This document shows positions 25,341 to 36,295 of a stretch of 64,000 nt of DNA, piece by piece (within the stretch, counting starts at the first letter, position 1; every line of letters begins with the position of its first letter). Below the pieces are notes generated by a model that had not been told where the DNA came from, did no database searches, and worked only from the letters and a program-made list of their open reading frames with translations. The position numbers and the translations under genes were made by a program. Origin of the DNA: Azolla caroliniana (lineage: Eukaryota; Plantae; Polypodiophyta). The stretch lies in assembly GCA_043228905.1 (NCBI GenBank), contig JBHGNT010000015.1:8990001-9054000 (forward strand), read 5' to 3'.

Positions 25341-25661
25341 TTATATATTAAATCAAATTGATATAAAAAATATGTGCTTAGAGAGCACGTTTATACAAGT
25401 CCTTAAAAGGACTGACACAAGTACCATCAATACTTGAATGCTCATAAAGGAGCTCCTACACTGACTACCAAATATATTCCTTCATTGAAATATCTTTCTA
25501 ACGGCCTTCCGGCTCCCGTTGATCTGGCCTCGCTGATCGGCTTTCGTCCGATCTGGCTCTCAGCTTCTTTAGCCGATCTAGGCCTAACCGATCGGTCCGA
25601 TCCAATCAGGTTCTCGGCTTCTTCAACCGATCCAGCCCAAGTTGAGTTTGCTCGCTCAACA
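25340..25661 (-). repeat. Truncated LTR of Copia G inserted into the RNase H of Copia H
   Basis: Resembles the LTR of A. Ends GCTCGCTCAACA on the + strand, directly followed by HFIRERVL codons. Confidence 0.75.
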
Positions 25662-26917
25662 ATTTCATCCGTGAGCGAGTACTCTCTCATAATGTCGAAC
25701 TTGTCTATATTCGGACTGATCGGCAGGTTGCTGATATCTTCACCAAACCTCCTGGCTTGGACAAGTTGCAACATTTTTCGACTATTCTTGGCTTACAACA
25801 TCCCGACATGCTGAACTTGAGGGGGAGGAGTGAAGCCGAAGAGGAGAGAGATGATGAATAAGATGAAGAATTATATTTTCGATCGTTTGAACAAGCCGAC
25901 GATGTGTGGACAGATGGAAAAAGATCGGCTAAGAGGAGACTAGCCATATGCAGGGGGAGTGCCCGCAAGAGAGAGCCAAAGCTAGAGCCAATCGAACCAA
26001 GGGGAGGAAGGGCCGAGAGAGGCGGTAGAGTCGAGGACAGAGCTGACCAAAGGAAGGCGAGGACCAAGAAATGGGCAGATGTGGTCATGGGCTTGAAGGA
26101 CGAATCGGAGACAGCCAATTCGGACAAGAGCTGAAACGAATTGGAACCAGTCGATTTGATTGACAAAGGCGATTCGAACGAGCCGAATCACACAAAGGTC
26201 AAGCAGGCAAGGAGGCATCTGATGTTGACGTCGACACAAAAGAGCCGAGCATCAATACCACGACAATGAGGGAGATGACAAGGGCCAAGGCAGTAGACAA
26301 GTTGACCGTAGAGGTCGAGGTGCGCAGAACCAGACGAGTCAAGAGGCGCCCGACCGAAGGGGTTGTGGGATGCACAACTGGACTAGACGAGGAGCGCGAT
26401 TGAGGTGTTGGGATGTCAGGAGAGGCTAGAATGACAAACTAGCTAGAGCTGACATGGCGGGACCTCAGGTTGAGCTTGAGGGGGAGTGTTGAGAGATATG
26501 CTTAACATGGGTCGAATCGGTTGAAGAAGTCGAGAGCCGAATCAGCTGGAGAAGGAGTGAGCCGAATCAAATAGAGTTCGATTTGGGTAGGCCGAGTCGT
26601 ATGGATTCTAAGAGGCCGATAGGGGCCTACATTCCTCTTATAGTAATATTAATACTATACGTTGTTAGTGTCATGCTCATTTATGAGAATTCAAGTATTG
26701 ACGTTACTTGTCTCAACCCACTCGTTAGGGCTTGTATATAAAGTGCACTCTGAGCACTGTTATAAGTACTAAGTCTTTTTGTAATTGAAATATTGTTGTC
26801 TGCTCTACTCAGTTTCTCTCTCTCTCCCTCTCTCATTCTCTGTGTTTACCTAACTGTTGTATCTCCGAATAACTGACAGTCTTCCACACACACTTCCGCA
26901 CACGTACTCTTTTTAAA
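25662..26917 (+). mobile_element. 3' end of Copia H: RNase H end, tail, PPT, 3' LTR (26487-26917)
   Basis: ADIFTKP..DKLQHFS..MLNLRG, then PPT GAGGGGGAG-TGTTGAG. Its end abuts the zinc-knuckle end of Copia I. Confidence 0.85.
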
Positions 26918-28973
26918 GAATGCCGAAAGACGAAGTGTGAGTTGGCTTCCACAAGCTGACAACTCACTAATTACGCCACCAACTCTGATTGTGAAGACCA
27001 TGGCGGAATGTTCATGATGAGACATAGAGCAAACTTTATGTCGACTTCTGCTTCGACTAGTGCCTTAAGTTCGGAGGACTTATGGTTTTTCGATTCCGGT
27101 GCTTCGAATCATATGACATCTCATAAAGAATGGTTCCGAGACTTACGAGGGTCGGATCGACCCGTCTATGTCGAGACCGGAGATGACACTACTCATCCGA
27201 TTCGGCACATCGCCAATGTCCCATTTGGGAAAGAGGGCAACCAAACATACATTAAGAATGTATTGTATGTACTGACCATCACAAAGAATTTGGTCTTAGT
27301 CGGCCAAATTGTAGAGCAAGGCATGCAAGTCCACTTCAACCAAGTTGGTTGCTTCATTGAGAAGGAAGGCTAACTCATCACTCACGATCGAAGGGAAGTC
27401 CGAATGTTCATTCTTAATTCACATCAGATGAAATCGGCCATGTTTGCAAAGGGTACCAAAGCTAACACCAACATAGAGCTATGGCATAAGAGAATCGTCC
27501 ATATCAACCTCCAAAAGCTCAAGGGGGTTCAATTAAAAGGAGTCGACATCGGGTTGCCGACCTTCAAAGAGAAAGAGATTGAAGGCATATCTGAAACCGG
27601 CCGATTCGGCAAGCAACACCAGCACCCATTCCCAAAAGAGAGGAACGTGAGCAAAGGCATACTAGATGTAATTCATTCTGACGTATGGGGACCGGCTCCA
27701 ACGGCTACATTCAGAGAATGCCGATATTACGTGACCTTTATCAACAACTTCTCCATGCACACTTGGATCTACCTCATGCGGCAAAAGAGCGAAGTGTTCA
27801 GACACTTCCAAAAATTTAAGAATGAAGTCGAGAAAGCCGCTAGTCGGCATGTCCGATGTCTCTGGTCAGATGGAGACAATGAATATTTGTCCGATGCTTT
27901 CATGACATACCTTCAACAAGAAGGAATCCAAGGAGAATTTTCATGTCGACATATGCCACAACAGAACAGAGTGGCAAAACGCAAAAATCAGCACATCCTC
28001 AAAGTAGCACGGGCCATGCTAAACGAGAAGCACATGCCAAAGTCATATTGGGCTGAAACAACAAATATGACATGTCGTCTACCGCATGGACCAATGCACA
28101 ACATCTGGAGTGCACAATGTTACCCAGCATGAAAAGTGCTATGGAAAGAAGTCGGATCTATCCCATGTTAGGATATTGAGCTCAATTGCATACGTGCACA
28201 TCCCCGACGAAAAGGGGCAAAAGCTAGATCCCAAGTCGGAGAAGTGTATCCTTGTAGGGTACTCACTAGAGCAAAAGGGGTACAAGTGCTTTAACCCCTC
28301 TACTTGGAAGGATTGTGTAAGTTGGGATGTTGTCTTTAACGAATCGACATCATGGTACGAACCTAAGCTGACTCCTCCTGAACCATTTCCAATCGATCTG
28401 AACTTGGAAAACCAATAGATAGAAGACGAAGATCAATTGACACATATGTTCGAAGAAAGTCCAATCACAAATAGGCTCAGTGGGCCACAAGAACCTCTGA
28501 GCCACCAAGGCACATCTTGGCCATGTACGAAGATGGACAAAGTCAAGACCAAAATGCCAGAATATGAAGACGATCAATTCGATGACAACAAATCGGCTCA
28601 CTAACTCGACAGTGGGTTCGGTGGCTTCGATGTACCCATCATGAGGACACTTGGTGTAAAGAAAGTCATTGACACAACAAATGAGAAACTTCGTCGCTCC
28701 ACCCAAGAGAAGAATCTGATTAGCCGATTCTACTACAACAACTATATGGCATATCATTATGCCTTTATGATGAAGGTGGCAACATTTCGAGAACCAGAAA
28801 ACTTTTCCGAAGCAGCCAAGGATCCACGATGGGTCGAAGGAATGAATGAGGAGATGCAAGCACTATGAAAGAATGAGACATGGGATCTCGTTCCCCACTC
28901 ACCACACAAAAAGGTGATTGGTTGCAGGTGGACTTTCAAAGTGAAGTATAAGGCCAACGGCTTTGTCAACCGC

Positions 28974-29731
28974 TGTCGTGAAGGATTTGCTTCACGATAT
29001 AAAAATAAACTTGAATATTTTATTAAGTAACATTTGAGAGACCTGAACCCGTAACCTCACACACCAAGGACGAAGCATATACCATTAGGATAAGTTATTT
29101 TCTATAGTTATTTTTCTATCACCATACCTATGACATGTGTATCTTCATACATTAGAGCTTAGATGAGCATGATGGCTATCATGCATCACATGTAAAGCAT
29201 GTGCGCCAAATGGCGATCGCGCATCACAGCATATGCATGAGAGAACCTATAAAGAGAGGCAAGGAATTAAGGGATGAATCAAAGGGAAAACAGGGTAATC
29301 AATCATTGAAGAGAAAGTTAGAGAAATAAGATAATCAAAGAAACAAATAATAAGTTAGCTTGATGGTGAAGAGGCTCGTGTTTCCAAGTTGGAGTCGAAG
29401 GTTCGAATCAAGAGTCAGTAGAGAAAGGGTTCATTTTACTATCAAGCATTGTAAAGTTGGTAAAATCTTGTATTCGTAATATATATCATGTTCATATCAT
29501 ATACTTTTTTTTTTCTTAAATCATACTTTGTCTCTATCTTGCTTCTTGAATCATACATTGTCTCTATCCTTTATCTATACTCATCTCTCTCTCCCACACA
29601 TTACTTTAAACTTGTATTCTTCTTATCCTTAATCTTCCTAGCATTTGTGCGAAAGCCTTATAAAAGTTCCTTCAACTCCCTTTAACCTTAGTGCCTACGA
29701 CTTCGCCGCACGAACCATAACTACCCTGACA
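28974..29731 (+). mobile_element. Solo LTR (Gypsy-like termini TGTCGTGAAG...TGACA)
   Basis: Flanked by 4-bp CCGC/TCGC. Removing it rejoins [12 protein letters not shown] of Copia I. The start resembles the Gypsy B LTR. Confidence 0.8.
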
Positions 29732-30373
29732 TCGCTACGCTCGACTCGTAGCGAAAGGATACGCACACACATGGAATCGACTATGAAGAGACCTTTGCCT
29801 CGGTGGTAAAGATGACGATTGTGCATACCGTGATTGTGCATACCGTGATTGACGGAAAAAGGGTGGCACCTCCACCAAATGCATGTCAAGAACACCCACC
29901 TTCTTTCAAGGTGAATTAGAAGAGGAGGTGTACATGTTACAACCATCTGACTTCGATTCGAGCACCCATCCAAAAGTAGTTTGTCAATTAAAGAAGCCAC
30001 TCTACGGCCTTAAGCAAGCACCACGTGCTTAGCTGTCGACGATAACATGGTATCTTCATCGAATCGGCTTCAGAATGTCTAAATCCGACAACTCTCTCTA
30101 TACGTGGATGATCTGGTCATTGGAGGTGAAAATCTAGTCGACATCAACAAGGTCAAGTCCCCCCTCTTCAGCAAATTCGAGATGACAGACATGAAAGAGC
30201 TTCATTACTTCCTAGGTAATGAAGTAATTCGAACTCCAGCCAGCATTATGATCTCGCAATGGCACTACATCCTCAACTTGTTATACAAGTTTAGGATGAT
30301 TGAGTGCAAATATGTGACAGCCCCTCTCGATCGAAACCTCAAACTCGATGGCAGCTCCGACACAGAAGAGTGC

Positions 30374-33300
30374 TGTCATGATATGGCAAGACTCGAACCC
30401 ATGACCTTAGGTTATATGGGTCGAGCTCTTGACCATTAGATCATCTATTGTAATATGTCTCTCTCTCTCTCTCTCTCTCTCCGTCTCGCTCACTTCTTCC
30501 TTCTCTCGAAGAAGTTCTACACCTCTCATAGTACTAATCCTTCGTTTAGTACTAATTCCTTCTCTATCTCAATACTGTTCCTGATAGTTTGGACCAATTT
30601 GGTTCAACATAATGCCTAGTGCCCTCTTTTATAGTGTTTTCAGGAGTAATCCTAAAGCTTCTAGAATGTTCCAGAGAAATCTAGAATATACACTAATTTC
30701 CTATAATAAAATGTAAATGAAAATAATATCCTACATATTACAATAGATGATCCAATGGTCAAGAGCTCGACCCATATAACCTAAGGTCATGGGTTCGAGT
30801 CTTGCCATATCATGACACTACTGTCAGGAACAGTATTGAGACAAAGAATGAATTAGTACTAAACGAAGGATTAGTACTATGAGAGGTGTAGAACTTCTTC
30901 GAGAGAAGGAAGAAGTGAGCGAGATAGAGAGAGAGTGATGATAAGAAAGATATATGTATTATATGAAGAGAATATACAATGGTGGCTAAAAGGCTTAAGA
31001 CTGGCGTTGAACCAATTTGGTTCAATATAATGCCTAGTGCCCTCTTTTATAGTGTTTTCAGGAGTAATCCTGAAGCTTCTAGAATGTTCCAGAGAAATCT
31101 GGAATATACACTAATTTCCTATAATAAAATGTAAATGAAAATAATATCTTACGTATTACAATAGATGATCTAATGGTCAAGAGCTCGATCCATATAACCT
31201 AAGGTCATGGGTTCGAGTATTGCCATATCATGATACTATCCCCCTTTTAAAACGACAAGTGTCACGAGTTGTCTTGGATTGAGGACCCGGTTTGTGTGGA
31301 TAACTTAGCATGTGTAGTATCATTTAATATTATTAGTATCCCAGAACATCCTATAGTTTTAGGATTACCGTGGTTTGAGTTACATAACCCAGACATAGAT
31401 TGGAGAACAAGAGAAATCCGGTGTCGACAAACCCAAGGGTCAACTCAGAAGATGGCAACCATTTCGCTACATCAGTTGCGAGAAGAAGGGCGCAAGGAGG
31501 AAATGTTCCTCTTTGCAATATCAGTAAACCCCTCCAACACCACTAAAGAAGAATCCACCGTTCAACTTCCCGAGAAGTATCGTCATTTCGCCGATGTGTT
31601 CGATAAAGTACAAGCCAACACACTTCCTCATCATCGACCGTACGATTGCCCCATCGATTTACAACCGGGAAAAGAGCCGCCATGGGGACCGATCTACAAT
31701 TTGTCACCAACCGAGCTGGAAGTCCTTTGGGCCTATATAGAGGAGAATTTGGAAAATGGTTTCATTCGGCATTCGAAATCTCCAACCGGCGCGCCCATTT
31801 TCTTCGTCAAGAAAAAAGATGGATCGCTTCGTCTCGTTGTAGATTACCGTGGCTTAAATAAGGTTACAATCAGGAATAGGTATGCTCTTCCCCTTATCTC
31901 AAGTCTTTTAGAACGGATCAATGGTGTCAGGTTCTTCACGAAGATCAACTTAAGGGGAGCATATAACCTCGTACGGATCCGACCAGGAGACGAATGGAAG
32001 ACCGTGTTTTGCACCAGATATGGGCACTTCGAGTATACGGTCATGCCGTTCGGCCTCACTAATGTGCCGGCAGTCTTCCAGCACATGGCTAATGATATAT
32101 TCCGAGATCTATTGGATAATTGTTTGATCATCTATTTGGATGATCTACTGGTTTATTCAAAGTCCCAAGAAGAACATGATTCTCATGTATTATTACTACT
32201 AAAACGACTTCGAGAACATGGTTTGTATGCAAAGCTGGAAAAATGTAGTTTCGGGTGCAACCAAGTGGAATTTCTCGGCTACATCATTTCGTCAGAAGGC
32301 ATCTCCATGGACCCAGCTAAGGTCAAAACAGTGGTAGAATGGTAGACTCCGCGTTTGGTGCGGGATGTGCAATGCTTCCTAGGCTTTGCCAATTTTTACT
32401 GGAAGTTCATACAAGATTACTCAAAGATCGTTCTACCTCTCACACAACTTACCAGGAAGGGACAACCGTTCATCTGGTCCGAAGAAACGGACATGGCTTT
32501 CGAGAGTGTTAAAAAGGCATTTACATCGGCTCCAATTCTTGCTCATGTCGATCCGGAAAAACCATTCATTATCGAAGCTGACGCATCGGATTTTGCATTG
32601 GGGAGCATTCTGTCACAACAGGGGAATGATGAGAAGCTACATCCTGTGGCTTTTCACTCACGCAAGTTTGATGCCGCCAAAATCAACTACGAAATTCATG
32701 ATAAGGGGCTATTGGCAATAGTGGATTCTTTTATGCAATGGAGGCATTTTCTGGAGGGATCCTCTCATCCAGTCACTGTCTTTAGTGACCACAAGAATCT
32801 TGCTTACTTTCAGGATGCTCGTGTATTGAATCGACGTCAAGCTTGGTGGGCCCACTTCCTCACGCATTTCGACTTCAAAATTATATATTGTCCGGGGAGG
32901 CACCAAGGGAAGGCAGATGCATTATCATGGCATTCGTATCTAGCACCCCGTCCCGGCGAGCCAGCTTTCGATAACCAAAAACAAGTCATCTTGGGACCGG
33001 CACAACTACAAGCAACACAAATCTTTGACATTCCTATGGATTCCCGCGTTATCGATACCATACGTGAAGACTTGAAGACAGATGCTTTCGCCCAAGCTAT
33101 ACTAGCACAAATTGATCCCTCTCGAGCGTTGTGTTCACAGTCACAACCACCAGGTACGGACTATCGGCAATTCAAATACCATGATGGATTACTCTTCTTT
33201 AAAGAACTTTTGTATGTTCCTAATGGTTCTTGCCGCCTTCGAGTAGTACAAAACTGTCATGACACATATACAGTTGGGCATTTTGGGTTTAGGGTAAAAC

Positions 33301-34992
33301 ATTACATTTAGTACAACGATCATTCTGGTGGCCCTGTATGCGACAATTTGTCAAGGATTTTGTTCGGACTTGTGATACATGTTGCAGAGCGAAAATGCCA
33401 AGGCCTCATCCATATGGTTTATTAGAACCATTACCAATTCCAAGCAAGCCGTGGCAATCCATTGCTCTAGACTTCATCACAGATGTTCCAATCTCTAAGG
33501 GGTTCAATGCGATTCTAACAGTGGTCGATCGATATACGAAGATGGCTCATTTCTTGCCATGTACTAAGGAGATCTCCAGTGAAGACACTGCCCAAATTGT
33601 CATGCGTGAAGTATGTTGGCATCATCGACTTCCCGATAGTATCATCAGCGACCGTGGACCCCAGTTCGTGTCAAAATTCTGGAAGCACCTTTTTAACATG
33701 CTCAAGGTCACTTGTAACCTCTCCTCCGGCTACCACCCACAAACCGACGGCCAAGCTGAACGAACAAATCAAACGCTGGAGCAGTATCTGCAGTGCTTTC
33801 TCAACTATCATCAGGATGACTGGGCAAATATTCTCCACTTCGCCGAATTTGCCTATAACAACTCTATCCATGCATCCACTAAAGTTACGCCATTTTATGC
33901 TTATACGGGATGTCACCCCCGGTGGAGTGTACTTGAAACCCCAGAGGTGTCCACAAATCCGTGCGCGGAGGATCGTTTGGAGTGATTATGCAATATACAA
34001 GCAGATTTATCTATCATCTCCAGCAAGCTCAACAAACACACAAGGTCTACGCGGATCGTCATCGACTTCCAGCCAGTTTTAATATTGGAGATCGGGTGTG
34101 GCTGCTACGACGACACATCAAGACTACTCGCCCATGTGAGAAGTTGGATTATCGGCGATTAGGTCCTTTCCGTATTATTGGACAGATTAATGATGTCGTT
34201 TTTCGTCTCGATCTACCTCCTCAACTTCGGATACATCCGGTGTTTCATAGTTCTCTCCTCGAACCCTACCACGAGAGCACCATCCCAGGACGTCTTATCC
34301 AACCTCCACCCCCGATCGAGCTTGAAGATGGGCCGGAGTACGAGGTTGCCGCCATCCTTGATTCCAAGATTGTTCGCAACAAGCTCTACTATCTAGTCGA
34401 TTGGCTAGGCTATAGTCCCAGCGAACGTACTTGGGAACCGATCGAGAATGTGACCAATGCTCGTGCTCTTCTTGAAGACTTCTATCGGCAATATCCACAC
34501 AAACCGGGTCCTCAATCCAAGACAACTCGTGACACTCGTCGTTTTAAAGGGAGGATAGTGTCATGATATGGCAAGACTCGAACCCATGACCTTAGGTTAT
34601 ATGGGTCGAGCTCTTGACCATTAGATCATCTATTGTAATACGTAGGATATTATTTTCATTTACATTTTATTATAGGAAATTAGTGTATATTCCAGATTTC
34701 TCTGGAACATGCTAGAAGCTTCAGGATTACTCCTGAAAACACTATAAAAGAGGGCACTAGGCATTATGTTGAACCAAATTGGTTCAACGCCAGTCTTAAG
34801 CCTTTTAGCCACCATTGTATATTCTCTTCATATAATACATATCTTTCTTATCATCACTCTCTCTCTCTTGATCTCTCTCTTTCTCTCCGTCTCGCTCACT
34901 TCTTCCTTCTCTCAAAGAAGTTCTACACCTCTCATAGTACTAATCCTTTGTTTAGTACTAATTCCTTCTCTGTCTCAATACTGTTCCTGACA
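30374..34992 (+). mobile_element. Tcn1-like chromovirus J, rearranged and lacking gag
   Basis: Perfect TSD AGTGC (30369-30373, 34993-34997). Internally deleted 5' LTR 30374-30586, inverted LTR segments 30594-31235, 3' LTR 34559-34992. Confidence 0.92.
31303..34566 (+). pseudogene. Chromovirus J pol (protease end, RT, RH, INT, chromodomain)
   Basis: LGLPW..HNPDIDW, YLDD, ADASDFALG, HPQTDGQAER, chromodomain EYEVAAILDS..YYLVDWLGY..TWEP. Contains stops and frameshifts. Confidence 0.93.
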
Positions 34993-36295
34993 AGTGCAAG
35001 GCGACTCAGTATCAACAATTGATCGGGAGCCTCATCTATCTCACAAGCACTCGACCCGACCTCAACTACCCGGTCCGTCTTCTCAGCCAATTCATGAAAA
35101 AGCCACGTGACATTCACTTGGATTGCGCTAAGCGAGTGTTACTGAGCAGCATAATGGATTGTGGCATTCTCTACAAATTGACCACACCAATTCGACTCGA
35201 GGGGTACTTAGATGCCGATTGGGCTAGCAATAGAGTCGACCGACGATCGACCTCAGGATTCGTCAGCAGCAGAGCAATATCCTGGAGTAGCAAGAAGCAG
35301 CCAATTGTTGACCTTTTGAGCATAGAGGCTGAATATCGGTGTGCGGTTGTGGTTGCATGTGAAGCCGTTTGGCTAAAGATAATACTTAAGGATCTAACCT
35401 TTCCCATCAAGGATCTGATTCCCGTTTACTATGACAACATGAGAAATATTTATTTGGCTTGGAACCCAGTGTTCCATGCAGGCATGAAGCATATTGAAGT
35501 GCACTATCACTTCATCCTAGAGTGCGTTCAGGTTGGAGATGTCGACCTTCAACACATCAACACGAATCTTCAGATAGCCAACAAGCTTCGGCAATTCATG
35601 TCAGACCTTGGATTGAAGATCCCTAACTTGCCAAGCTTGAGGGGGAGTACAAGAGAGAACCTGATACCATCCGAACCGGGTACTAGCTGAAGTGAACATC
35701 AACCAAAAGAAGCTGATACTAGTTGAGCTTGATAGGGCATGTTGAGAATCAAGCTCAACCTAGTCTAGTGTGTGAACACACCCTTTGAGAATCTATGCGC
35801 ACTCAAATGTCAAAAGTCATCACTACTCTGTACACATTAACTATGTGTCATAGAATATGATTCTATGACATATAACTAATGAATTTCCACATTCCACATG
35901 ATCCATGAGCTTCTAAAGCTCTAGAGAGAGAGTGGGTGTTTAATGAAGAGAGAGAGTGACCTTATATAAAGCACCCTCCTCCTACTTCATAGAGAGTCGG
36001 TTGTTGCTCCTTGTAATGGGATATTTTTGCATTTCATATTCTCCATGTTAATATACATCTTCTTATTCGTGGGTACTTCATTTTTCTCTCATCTATCTAT
36101 GTTGTGTTTCTCTCCTCTCTGCTTCTCTTTCCACACACACACGCGCACGCATGCACACATAACACACATCTCTTCTGTTGTATAGAATCATACCTGATTC
36201 TTCACACTTTGGTTCTCTCGATAGGGTTTGAACTTCCACAACTTGTCATTGCAGTAGAGTAGTCTCCAATTGATGCACCCATTGAGATAACACTT

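Larger units (their letters stand above)
26918..36206 (+). mobile_element. Copia I (short-tail subfamily), 5' part missing, hosting a solo LTR and chromovirus J
   Basis: PR WFFDSGASNHMT, INT IHSDVWGP, RT and RH pieces at 29732-30373 and 34993-35690, 3' LTR 35740-36206. Confidence 0.88.

Noticed and set aside
31269-31302. Novel N-terminus MSWIEDPVCVD on the RT ORF
   Set aside because: It is the antisense of the inverted pol end fused at the rearrangement junction.
34570-34635. Functional tRNA genes in LTRs
   Set aside because: Acceptor, anticodon and T stems do not pair. Only the promoter boxes are supported.
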